DNA of 64,000 nt from Eukaryota sp. TZLM1-RC (Eukaryota > Protista > Metamonada: BaSk clade): the NCBI GenBank assembly GCA_040285825.1, contig JAUPSS010000004.1, positions 6,663,784 through 6,727,783 on the forward strand. Direction: 5' to 3'. The position numbers were made by a program, and so were the translations under genes. Of the stretch, positions 37,092 to 49,169 are shown piece by piece; position 1 is the stretch's first letter, and the number at the start of each line of letters is the position of its first letter. The notes below the pieces were generated by a model. That model was not told where the DNA came from. It worked only from the letters and a program-made list of their open reading frames with translations, and searched no databases.

Positions 37092-38549
37092 ATGGATGGA
37101 GATGTTGAAGCAAATTCTGGTCCCTGAAGATCTAATTTTCAATCAACTCCTCCATCTAAAATTATTAGAAATGCGATTTTTGACCAACAAACATCAAAGC
37201 GTAAACGAAAAAAAACAAAAAGCACTGAACCGAGAAATTTGTATTGAAAATACAATGTTGAATATTGAGAACAGGAAAATTTTGACAAAAAAACCATTGA
37301 AACCGAGTATGGTCAAAAGAATTGTGCCAAGACGTTGTGGCTTCAAGCCTGATTCATTGATTCAATTCAAATCAATGACCTCAAATCAACATCTTCCCAT
37401 TGTTATGTGCTTTGATCTTGAAACCTATCAGGATGGTTATCTTTACCCAGCTAATGATGGCCAATTTCTCCCTCCTGACGAGATTATCAACAAAAGGAGA
37501 AAAGAAAGTGCAAATCATTTGAAAAAGAAAACTGATCAGCAAATAGGTGAGTGGATTTCAGATCAAAAAGTGTTTTTAATTTCGATGTTATTGGTATGTT
37601 TGACCGCCATAATTTTTTTTGGAGAGTAAATATTCACTTATGTTGAGAATGAGTCCTCAAGTCAGCAGATTACCAGAAATTACTATGGATATTCAGGCAG
37701 AAATTTTCTCTGACGAAAAAACCTTGCTTCGTAGGTTCTTAAACCTTCTTGGTACTCATCAACCTCATTGTTTTCTTAATCACATTCTAATGCAGTTTGA
37801 TTCACAGGTTCTAAAAAATAGATTAAATTACTTTGACTTGCCATTTCCCACTGTTCCAGATGATACAGTAATTGATGTACTCAATCAACTTTCACCAAGA
37901 TGGAGAGAAGGTGTCATCAGGGAAAATGGCTTTTTTCTTTTAGATACTTTGGTTTTTGCCTAAAAATTTATTAAACTACCCTACGGACATGGATTAGGCA
38001 ATATGGAATATAAAATGATAAATGGAAAGAAAATCAAACTTCATCAGGAATTTTCCCATATTTTGCTAATTGATTGTTTAGCTACATCTCCTCTGATACA
38101 TAATTCGATTCAATATGGGCTTCATGATTGTAGTCTTTGTCTGAAACTTGTCTTGCTGTTTCAGAAAAACAAAATTATTTTATCATCTTATATAATCTTA
38201 TCTTATTCGAGCAACCGTCAACTCAATTGTTAAACATTCAAATGTGATACTCAAATTGAGAGAAACTGCTTTAAAATTTCAACAGTTACGTATTCACACC
38301 ACATGTTGCTTAAAGCTGTATTTACAGTCTTGTTTTGAACGTAATTTTTTACCACCACGAATATCTGCCCAATTATATGAATCATTAATGGCCAGAATTC
38401 CTTATATTTCAGCTGAGTATTATGGGCAAGAAATGGTAAAACCAAAAAGTGCATTTCCACAGGATTTTGAAGAGTTTGTTTATGGTGAAAGAGATTATAG
38501 ATTATCGACTACCTTTGAACAACAAACGTTGAACAAAACTATAAGTTGA
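37092..38549 (+). pseudogene. 2A-like motif followed by a frameshifted PolB-type DEDDy 3'-5' exonuclease domain
   Basis: MDGDVEANSGP; then MCFDLET (ExoI), EKTLLRRF..NHILMQFD..LKNR (ExoII) and QYGLHDC (ExoIII); no polymerase SLYP motif seen. Confidence 0.65.
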
Positions 38550-38559
38550 GTAGACCATT

Positions 38560-40489
38560 GGAGATATAGGCCTGAGTTTTTTTCACGATTTCCAACTGAT
38601 GGCTTCAGTAGACCACCTCAGTATATGGCCCCAGTAATGTTTGCCAATTTTGAGAATAATTTGAAACTAAATTATGAAAAACATATCAGTCGTTTTATTA
38701 ATGTCTTTTTTGACAAACCGGAAGTGGAAAATGTGTTATCAGAAATGCACAAGATGATAGAGATTGCTTGAGTTCTTTGTTTCATCATCCAGAAAATATT
38801 TCAGACCTTCTGAATGATGAATTTTTAGATTTATGTGAACAACATGCTATAAGAGATAATGAACTTATAGACATATTTGAAGGTCTTATTGAGCCATTTT
38901 CTTGTCAAATTGAGATTTTGGTCAGTGACGAGAATTGAGTTGTTAACATATTTCCAGTGGATATACGTTTCCTTGTAGACGATGTTGAAAAAGATCTCTA
39001 ATACTCCTGAAACCAGCAATTACAATTGCCCATTATATTGCCAGTAGTGAGAAAAAACCTTCTCATATTTCTCCTGTTTCAACCACTGTAGGCCCTGGAT
39101 ATTCTCCTATTGATATAAGAACAATATGAAAAATTGTTAAACAAACATTGATGGACGATTTATCATCTACACAGACGCTGAAAATGTCCAATACACTAGC
39201 CCAAATTACGAAATTCAAACCACCTGAGCAATTTGACTTTTGGTCTAATATTGTCGATTTGAACCAACCAATGTTCAAACAGAAGAGCTATAAATTCAAC
39301 AAAATTATCCACACAGATGGATTTAATATTGCAGTGGAATTTGTTGGTCAGAATTTACAAGGTCAGAAATGTAAGTGAGACAACAAGGCCAGTATTTCTG
39401 ATTTAGATATTCATGATCTTGATGTTGATACTTTTCAAGATAAACGAATTGTTGTTTGTGATCCTGGGAAACGTGATTTATTGTATTTTGAGAGTAAAAA
39501 GACTGATCAAAAACTAGCCATGGTGCCTGAACATGAAAGTGAACAGCAAAGAAATAGTAGGGTGATGAATCAAGACAAGAAGTACAAATGGTTGAGAATG
39601 ACTCAGATGTCCTGGTCTTTGAAAAGTAGGATGAATGAAAAGCAAAAACGATGGGCGATAAAGTATACTGACGTAGATTACGACTTACGAAAAGACAATT
39701 GAAGATGCAAACACCGAATTATCTGCGTTTGCTGCCAATTCAGCAACTTTTATAGATTTTTCCAACTTTGTGGTTGCCAAACTTCGGCAAGTTTTTTTGA
39801 CAATTGACTTTTACAGTCTTGACTTGTGGAGCATTCATAAAATGCAAGCTGTTATTCACAAGCAAAAGACTGAAAGTTGGTTGTTAAAAAGCCTTGTCCA
39901 GAATTTTGGCAACCCTAAAGACACTTTAATACCAATGGGTGATTATGGTAAAAAAGGTTTCAAGAATTTAAAACATCAGAGACCTACTCGAGGCATTGGA
40001 TGGATTCAATTTCTGAAAAGAAATGGATTTGAAGTGTTGATGTTGGCGCCTTTAGGCTTAAATAGAATAAGGGCAAAATAAATCAACTTTATGTCATACA
40101 CTTTATGTCAATCATCTTTATCTCAACCACTTTTGCAACCTAAGGCAACATTGATGATTAATGAAGCTTACATTTCAGCAAAATGTCCTGTTTGTTTTGA
40201 AAAGGTTGCTACGTTTTTTGAGAGTAACAAATCCCAGATGCTATAGAAGAGAAAACACTCCTGTTACTACATGTCATGGTTTATTAGCTTGTAATAGTGA
40301 GAGTTGCAAACACAGTATCAAGGGCTCAACAAAGCTTTTCAATAGAAATAGGCTGGCTTGTCTGAATATGTTTGCGATTGCTGAAGCGAGGATGAGTGGT
40401 AGTGAAAGACCTCAGTATCTGTGCAGTAGATAGTTTTTGTAATTATTCCACACGAAAATTGATCGTGTACTTATGGGAATTTCCCACAG
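38560..40489 (+). mobile_element. Fanzor family-B copy 2 (longest copy), disrupted
   Basis: YMAPVMFANFENNL.., VVCDPGKRD, MGDYG, INEAYISAKCP and FNRNRLACLN; same right end as B1. Confidence 0.87.
40041..40150 (+). mobile_element. 110-bp TGTTG..CAACA element with 4-bp TSD TTGA, inserted in Fanzor B2
   Basis: The empty site gtgTTGAtgatt is present in copy B1 (~30284); termini match 30836-30928. Confidence 0.88.
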
Positions 40490-40880
40490 AGAACAACGAA
40501 CATTTCATTAATTCAGATGTCAATAATCCTCTTCTTGCTTGCGAAAAACACAAAATTGCTCAATACGCGAAATCTATTTCTTCTGTCAATGAAAACACTC
40601 ATGCCCAATATATTTATGTCCTTTTGTTTCTTCATTGCTCAGATCTTTAGGTAAGGCTGCAATTGCTTTCCTTGAAGATTTCAATGTAGTTGTAAAGGAA
40701 AGGACTGAAAGAATTTTCAATCGTGTTTGCTGAACACAACAGGATTGTATTTTCCATTCATAAGGGAGTGCTGAAATTAATTTCTGATTCACTTTCTTCT
40801 TTTGGTAAATTTTCTGGATCTTAAGTAATTAATTGTTTCGATGTATGAGAGGCACCTTTTGAGGACGTGGAGCTGTAGTT
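40490..40880 (+). mobile_element. RLE retrotransposon 3' remnant abutting the Fanzor B2 right end
   Basis: NNPLLACEKHKIAQY..FLEDF..KER..FNRV pattern. Confidence 0.7.
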
Positions 40881-41765
40881 GTGTATTTGATGGTTTTTTA
40901 TTCAGCATTTGGACTTCAAATATGGTATTTCAAAAAAAGTGTTTGACAGTGCGATGAATGCATCAAAATGGGTGCAGTCTTATGAATTACCGCATCACGA
41001 AACGCCGTTGTTGTTCTGTGAACAAAGTAGGCTAGTACATTTACTTTACTTCACTAATGATGGCCTTTGTAAGGCTAGACAATTTTAATATATTCCCTTT
41101 ATCGTTGCTCTACTATCATGACTGACACAACATCAAATCATTTGATATCATTTGATAAATACTAGAAGGTTGCTTAGTTATTGATCACACAATGTTAACA
41201 GGAGGAAATCTATGTGTATAATTTCTTTATGTAAACTGTGGTAAAATCGAAGCTCCATTTCAGAGGCAATCCTGCAGTTAAATCTTGGTATGATTTTCAT
41301 CATCCTTATCATCCATCCTTATACGCAAATGTTGAATCTATAAAAAGCTTGTGTTTATTCTTATCACAATTTGGTGTATCTGTTGTTTGCAAAAAAAATT
41401 CAATGACATGTTGATCTATTTCTTATAAGCAGAGTATGATGTTGTTGATTTTACAAACTGAAACATTAATAACATGCATGGCACATGTTTCAAAAAATTC
41501 AAATGTGGATCTGATCTCCCTACAAGGTGTTGATGGAATAATTGAAATAAAAATGGCTAACACTATACATAAGAGCTGAAAATGTTGTTATGAATTGAAG
41601 TCTTCCTTCCCAATTAAAGTATCACACCTCATATTCATCATAAAAATGTTTTCCAAATCAACTTAACAATGCTCCATAAAATTGACTTTTTGAGACTCTT
41701 CTTCTGTAGTTCGTATTGACAGTATTTATATACTGCTATACTGATATAAACTTATACGTATTTAT

Positions 41766-41809
41766 TAGAGATGGGCAAAAAACTAAACTTTGGACGATGA
41801 CCATCTCTA
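41766..41809. mobile_element. 44-bp hAT-type MITE with 12-bp TIRs and an 8-bp TSD
   Basis: TAGAGATGGGCA ... TGACCATCTCTA (11/12 match), flanked on both sides by GTATTTAT. Confidence 0.85.
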
Positions 41810-42421
41810 GTATTTATATATACGATAATTTATAGATAATATATAATATATATATAATAAGCATCATAATGATGATACTATTATTATTATTTTTAAGTTA
41901 ACTATTGTTTTCTATTTTAAAAATAGAATATATTTTGAGATTTGAGACGAATGATAAGAACTGATAAGGAATATAATGACGAATGATAAAGAATACAACA
42001 AAAGTTTGATACTTTCCATAAACGGAAGTTTTGTTTTAGCTACTTCAGGCCGAAATGCAATCCTTCTCTGAAGTCAAGAAATCAAAAATAGGGGAATTTA
42101 CTTTTAAGAGCATCACTGATCCTCAAAAAAGAAGAGGAACTCCCACCAAAGACCATCAAAAACTGGACAACAAAGCTAAAGTAACATAAACCTATCAAAA
42201 CAAAACAGTTGAGGAATTGGATCGTTGGTTGAAAATTTTTCCAAGAAAACTCTAAATCACAAAATTCTCATATCTTAGTGCAGTGCCAACAACAACTTTT
42301 CCATCCATGTTGGAGCTTTGTACTTAAATAAGGAACTATAAGTTATGTGGTAGATGAGTATTTTAAAATGAAGAGACTTCAATTTTTGAAAACATCATTT
42401 ATGTCTCCAGTCTATTAGCCG

Positions 42422-42778
42422 ATGTCTCCAGTCTTTACTCAGTACGTCATTATAAATAGACAAATAAAGGAATCGTTTCCTCTTGGTGCGGTCATTACTC
42501 AAGCAGTTCATTCAGCTGTGAATGTTCTGTATAGATATAGAGATCGAAATGAAGTACAAGAGTACATGGCACAAGAACCAGGACATCAGCACACTGTCGT
42601 CCTTGAGGCGTCTTCCTCTGAAGAACTATTTAAGATTAAATCAAAGCTGCATGGTCTTGATGTCGAGTCGGTTGTCTTTGTTGAACAACCAGAGAACTTT
42701 GCGACTGCTTTAGCGACACTTCCTGTGTTGAAAGAAAGAACAAAACCTGTTCTCAAGAGATATCGTCTATGTCAATGA
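42422..42778 (+). CDS. PTRHD1: PTRHD1-like peptidyl-tRNA hydrolase 2 family protein
   Basis: Motifs QYVI, PLGAVITQAVHS, HTVVLEA and EQPENFATALATLP. Confidence 0.85.
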   Translation: MSPVFTQYVIINRQIKESFPLGAVITQAVHSAVNVLYRYRDRNEVQEYMAQEPGHQHTVVLEASSSEELFKIKSKLHGLDVESVVFVEQPENFATALATLPVLKERTKPVLKRYRLCQ

Positions 42779-43142
42779 TCATTCTAGCATTCTGGTGTTT
42801 CCATAACTAAAACTAGCTCTAATCCGCTTACAAGTTTCACTGTATACTAAATTTGCAATTGTTTGTGTTGTAATGATAAACATTCTTGTTAGTCCCATTT
42901 CTAATTTAAAACACAATGAGTTTGTTAGATTAATTTAATACTTAGTTTTCATTGAACAAAATCAGTCAATTCAATAAGTGAGATCCATTGAACTAAGGTT
43001 TCTTCTACATAATCCAGATCTGCTTGCTTATTTTTAGATATAACTTCTCTAATTCGGTTGGAAAACAGTGGTAATCTATTGATAATAGCGATTTGAATTT
43101 GAGGACACCACAAGATACCAAATGTTTCCATTGTTTTTTAAG

Positions 43143-43553
43143 CTGTGAAAACCCCAAGGAAGCGCTTTTTGAAGGAGATTCAGAAACATTTTACCTATGT
43201 GAAGCCTAAGGGAGATGAATTCTACACATCTGCCAAAACGAACTGCTGTAAGGTATTCAATCAAAAGTTGTATCACGATGATGGGAGGGTGAACAATGAT
43301 AAGTTTGTATGCCCTCAATGTCAGACACTCTGGTCGAGGGACATCTCAGCCTCCAGAAACCAATTGGAGATTGCCATAAGTGAGCACTACTACAATGAAA
43401 GACCTGAGGCGTTTCGGAGACCCCGTAGATAAGTGTTTTTCCATGTATTGCGTACCTGTACACGTATTGTGATGTTGCTGCTTTAACTATCATTTGATCG
43501 TGATATCATATAGTGATAGATCTAAAGTAAGCTTAACGTCTATCGCATGAATT
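43143..43553 (+). mobile_element. 3' fragment of Fanzor family A (RuvC-II/ZnF/RuvC-III plus partial omegaRNA)
   Basis: Nearly identical to 54514-54930. Confidence 0.9.
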
Positions 43554-43589
43554 ATTATTAATTATTGCCAGAAATGTGGTCTTGTTTTT

Positions 43590-43950
43590 AATTTATTTTC
43601 AAAATTACAAACTAAAAATCAATATCTTCAATACAAGCTTCCACACCATCAAACCGTACGACAGCAATCTATTCGTCATGTGCACTGGCAGACATTACAG
43701 CTTTCAAAATATTTTTAGGAATTGCTTTGAAAATAGTAAAACAATGCGATTCAACCACAAACGGCGATCAAAAAGCTTATTCGTTCTTCTTTTTACAAGA
43801 TTTTCAAGATCATCAATAAAATTCATTGCAGTTTTTCCAAGACGTCCATACAAAGAAATAGCAAATGGGCAAATTTGGTAGTCCACATGGCGAACCTGTT
43901 TCAATTCTTCCAAAGGATTTGCATATATCTTGCGTTTGTTCAATTCTGAA
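43590..43950 (-). mobile_element. RLE retrotransposon 3' remnant
   Basis: CPFAISLYGRLG..WLNRIV. Confidence 0.7.
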
Positions 43951-44019
43951 TCGTCAATATTTCTTGATCGAAATTGACAATTGTTGCTATAACAAATATT
44001 TTTTTTTAACTGGAATATT

Positions 44020-45105
44020 TATTGAGATAAAAAAACCCATCTAGAATTCAATATCCTCCAAACAAGCGTCACTATTACTAAACCTACTCACAGCATTACG
44101 TTCATATTCTACACCAATAGCTAAAACTGCCTTTGAAATCATTGTTGGAATAGACTTGAAAATGCAAAAAACAATTCTATTTAACCAGAAAGTGGAGTTC
44201 ATTGTTTTACCAGACTTATTCAGTAACACTTTTTGAAATTTTCAAAAAAATGCAACCCTGAAGGTCCAATATTGCCAAAAAGAGAAATTGCAAACGGCAC
44301 AAACTGATATTTCACATGTTCCACTCTACCTAACTGTGCCAAAGGTTCTTCGTATTTTTTTATCTTCTTTTATTCGGCATTAGATAACGGCGAATCAGCG
44401 GAATACACTAAACGAGCAGCAGAATTTTTGCAAACATCAACTGAGACAACATCTACAACATTGAGAATACCATCGATCCCTGGAGCTACTGAATGTGCCC
44501 TTCTTTTACCAAAGGAATTATCAGTTTGATGTGAAGACAGCTTACCTACTAATGGCTCAATAAATGCCTCTATATTGAAACTTTTGCACATGGCATATAA
44601 TTGATCACGAACTGAGTCATGAACAATTGAGCGATAAGTTATAAAATACTTACAGTTTAAAATATGGGAAAGCGTAACAACACTCTTGCAGCGACAAATT
44701 AAATCATTTGGTAAAGAACAAGGCCATAGAAAACATCTCATTCTCATTGCAGTGGTTCATTGGTGATCATTAAGTAGAAGGCCATAAATGTTGGGAATTT
44801 GGGAGATTAGGCAACTTGAGCAACTGTCTTCAAGATCAATAAAAAAGTTTGCAAAAACCGGATTTTTTTCTTTAGCCAAGCTAAGTCGTACAATATAATC
44901 CAAGTTTTCTAAAACTTTCAAGATTTTTTTCTGCAATTTTGCAAAAGTCAGTGGTAAGGAGAGCAAGCTTCTTGGAGAAAGTTCCACAATATCAGAGGGG
45001 AAACATTTAGACCAAATATTGGGTGAAAGAGTTTCAATTTCCTGTTGCAAAGAAATAAGATAAGAGCTGCCACAATTTTCAATGAGATGAATTTTTTCAG
45101 GAAAA
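44020..45105 (-). mobile_element. RLE retrotransposon 3' part
   Basis: CRC..HILNC, HDSVRDQL, EPLV, VVDVVSVDVC and FWLNRIVF. Confidence 0.85.
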
Positions 45106-45189
45106 CAAATAACAAATAGCAAATATTGTACACAAAACAATAAGTTACTTCACTGCAACTTCCAAATCCATCGCTGTCAACATAACCAT

Positions 45190-46849
45190 ATGCAAGGCGG
45201 GTCCTCTCCATCAGTCATTGTTGTATCGCTTGTATGTCTGCCACAGCAATCTTATGTTAGCTGAACACATGTCTAGGTGCAGGCATCGTCTCTTCTGCTG
45301 CAGCTTTTAAGTCTCAAGGTCTTCTCTTGGGATTTTTGACCAACATCTTTTATCTGGTTCTTTCTTATTATTCATTCATCTGGCTTATTGAAGCTGGACT
45401 CCATCGTCGTAAACTCTCTTTTCAATCCCTATGTCAAGACGTCTTCCCAACCAAAAAGTGGGCAAGTCGGGGTCTCAATATGACAATTCTGCTCTTTGCT
45501 TGGTTCTGCATCCTCTCCTACTCTGTCCTCATCTCCACCTCTGTTCCAAACCTACTGGGTTTGTTTTGTTGCATTTCCTTATCTCAGCGTGGATTTTTGG
45601 TCCTCAAGTCCATTCCTATTTCTGGGGAAGCTCCGAGTTTGCTTTGTTTGCTATTTCCTTGACTGTTTTACTTCCTCTTGGCTGCTGTAAGACAGTAGGT
45701 GCCCTTTCTTACGCCTCTAGTTGCGCCATCTTTGTGGTTCTTTATTTGGCCCTATTTGGAATTACTGCCTTTTTTAAAACAATTCTTTCTGATTTTTCTG
45801 TCATTTCCCCTAATGTTGATCCTCAAGGAGTTGTTCTTTTCCGTTTTTCAACTTTTTTTGTTGGATTGGGACTATATGGTTTTGCTTATGGCGCTCATTT
45901 TTCTTGCTTTGGACTCTGGAAAAGTCTTAAAGACAAATCTGTAAAGTTGTTCAGGAAAGTAATTCTTGTTGGATTTCTCGTTATTGGAATTACCATTACT
46001 ATTATTGGAGTTTGTTTTTATTTTGTTATTGGTGATGCCGTTAGAGGCAACTTCTTGGAGGCTTTAGATGAGGCCAGTGTTTGGGTTTTCATTGGTAACT
46101 TTTTGATTTTTGTTTTAGTTACAGTTTCTTATCCCGTTCTATTGTTGTTTGTTCGTGATTCAATTGCTGATCAGTTTTTTAAACCTGTTTATACTTCACA
46201 TCCAAAGATTATTGAAGCAACGAACCCCATAGACAGCGTTCCAGAAATCATTCAGACATCCAGGGTTCGAGCAATTTCAAGAACATCTTCAGTAAGTTCC
46301 TTTCAAGAGTTTGATGAAGAGTTTTCACTGTCAGAATCAGATAGACTTACTGATTCTACTGATGATTTTGATGGTCCTCGATTGTCAGATGTTGAGGTTG
46401 AACTTCATGACTCCAAACCGGACACCATTGTAGACATTGATGATGATATATTAATCAAGCCAATCCCTGATGCAGCCGAAGACCAAGCAGACGTTGCCAT
46501 AGATGTGGCAGATGCCTTTGGTCTGAACAAAGAAGAGGAGAATGGTGAGGTGAAGAACATTGAGGTTACTGGTAGCGACAAGCTGAACACTCGCCAACGA
46601 ATTTCTATTTCCATTAGCATTGTCGCATCCACTCTTCTTATAGGTCTTTTAATTCCTGATGTTTTGATTGTGTTTGGCATTAGTGGCTCTCTCCTTGCCA
46701 GCATCATCGTTTTTGTTTTCCCTGCAGCTGTAAGACTTTGTTGTGGTCTCCCAGTTAGCCGTCGTCTGCGAACATTGTGTATAATGTCGTTGGTGACGGG
46801 TATTACGACAGCTTTAGTTGGAACTGTGCAAGCAATCATGGACCTTTAA
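45190..46849 (+). CDS. AAAP/SLC38-family amino-acid transporter; introns 45232-45260 and 45559-45587
   Basis: Spliced VSL|LNTCLGAGI..AFKSQG; LPL, FAYGAH, SYP and FVFP motifs; two 29-nt introns restore a single frame. Confidence 0.88.
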
Positions 46850-47541
46850 ATATAATAAAATTGTATTGTTCTTTGTTGTTTTTTAATTGCGACGGTGATG
46901 TACATCAATGTTGATGTTGTCAAAATTCTATAATTCAATCAGTTTTGACAAACTAAACAAAAAAGATACTTGTTGACATAAAGATGGTCAATAATCAATT
47001 CATAATAATGATGAACTTTATAAACCAGAACTGTGAATTTTTAAAGTTTTGATTTCGTAATTATATTGGATATGCTGAATTACTAAATGTACTTACTGAA
47101 TTTAAATAAACAATATCCAACATAAATAATTAGAAACAACAGTACAGTATTACCAAAACATCACTTCTGTCCCTCATCACCCTTTCAACATTTTCAAGAA
47201 CAATGTCAATCAGTCTGGTCAATTTCTACGAAACTGTTAATTTACTACAATGCGTGCGAATAAAGAAATCCGATTGTTGTCTGATCAGATAAGCACAAGT
47301 GTATGAGAACTGTAACAAATACATTTCAAACAATTATGAAACCAGTCTAATGTTCGTTATCATCCCTTTCCAATAAGATATGAGAGATTGAATATGTTGT
47401 CTTAGGATACAGGAAAATAAGAACGACTATGAACTGAACAAAATGTTATACCTGTATTTAATGGTAATTATTACTCCACCTGAAAATACAATTCTTAATC
47501 TGTAGCCATGGTTAAAACAAATATATACTTTATACAATGAA

Positions 47542-49148
47542 TTATTGGTCGACAAAATACTCTAAATCAAGAAACTTAAAGTAATCTTCATCAACTACAA
47601 CACCATCGTTAGGAATAACAGGTTCAAAATCCATCTGCTTAAGAACATCTCGTTGAAGATCAACTCCTGGGGCTACACTATGCAAAACAAGACGTTCATT
47701 AATCAATTCAAATACAGCTCTTTCAGTTATATATAAAACCTTTTGTTTTGCTTCTTTAGCATACTTTGAACTAAAGGTGATTTGTTGGACATTCCGGACA
47801 AACTTCTTGAGTTTTCCTTCCTTCAAGATTTTCAGTTTTCCATATTCAATAGTAACGCTAAGTCCCGAGGCAGTGAAGGTTCCAACAAACACTAATAATG
47901 GAACGGACTGAGCAATATCAATAAAGCCACCACAACCTGCAAGCTTTGTTCCAAATTTAGAAACATTGAGGTTGCCCCGTTCGTCAACTTCAGCCAAACC
48001 AAGGAAAGCGACATCAAGGAATGTTCCAGATTGGTAAGCATCAAACATTTGGTGTTGTGCCAGAATTGCTTGGGGCCTTATCATAGCTCCAAAGTCTTTA
48101 CCACTCATGGGAACCCCACCCTTTTGTTAGAATAAAAGAAAGAGATACATACATATGGTCCAACCTCAACAGTATTGATGAGGGGAATTCCGTGCAAGTT
48201 TGCATAATAGGCCGCATCTTCTGCCATTCCGATTCCCACATTGACAACTGGATTTTCCTTAATATTCGTGAATTCCTGTGCAGCTCTACTACCAACAATA
48301 CTTCTCAAAAGGGTTGGATGATCGCCAAGAGGAGCGTCCTCTGTGTTGCTAGTAGGACATGTGATGAAATCAGGGTTGAATTTTGTTTTAAATGTATGAA
48401 ATTGATGCTCTTCAGGGATTTCTATAATGTGATCAACAAAAATACTGGGAATAGTGACATCATGTGGACCAATTCCTACATCACCAAGTTTCTTTACAAT
48501 ACGCTTTACCTCAACAAAAACTAAACCACCATTGTTATGAGCGGCCATGGCAATAGGAAGAACATCAGCATTTACACAGTCTTCTGCAAGGGAAACATTG
48601 CCAGCTTCATCAGCTACAGTTCCGCGAAGAATGGCAACATCAATGTTGGGAATTTTAAATTTCAGCAATTCATGATCATCAATGTTAATTAAAGACACCA
48701 AATCTTCACCATTATGAGAGTTGACCTTACCTCCCTCTACTCTAGGGTCAACAAAAGTATGTAGACCAATGCGAGAAAGAACAAAAGGTTCTCTGCGCGC
48801 TAGACAACGGTAAGAGTTACTGATGACACCTTGGGGAAAATTGTAAGCATCAATCTCTCCGGCAAAAGCTAGTTTTCCGATAGAAGGTGCTAAGCCATAA
48901 TGGCCACCAATGACACGAGAGAGACAGCCCTTCTGAGCAAAGTGGTTGAGTCCCTCTGTTTTTCCATCACCTTGTCCAGCAGCATAAATGAGAGTGAGGT
49001 CACGAGGGGACTGGTGCTCAAGATAGTACTGTTCAAAAGCTGAACAGAAGTAATTGGGAACTGCACATGAAACAAAGCCAGAAGTGACAACAGTAGAGCC
49101 GTCTGCGATCTTAGCGATGGCCGAGGTTACATCAATAAGTTTTGACAT
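47542..49148 (-). CDS. Family I acyl-CoA transferase (propionate CoA-transferase Pct / YdiF-like); intron 48121-48152
   Basis: Motifs AAGQGDG, YNFPQG, GLHTFVDPR, NVGIG, spliced VEVGPY|GGVP, NVSKFG..GCGGFIDI and ITERAVF. Confidence 0.92.
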
Positions 49149-49169
49149 ATTGTGGGAAATACCCATAAA

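Noticed and set aside
42401-42434. 13-bp direct duplication ATGTCTCCAGTCT at the PTRHD1 start
   Set aside because: Small local duplication; the first copy hits a stop and no element lies between the copies
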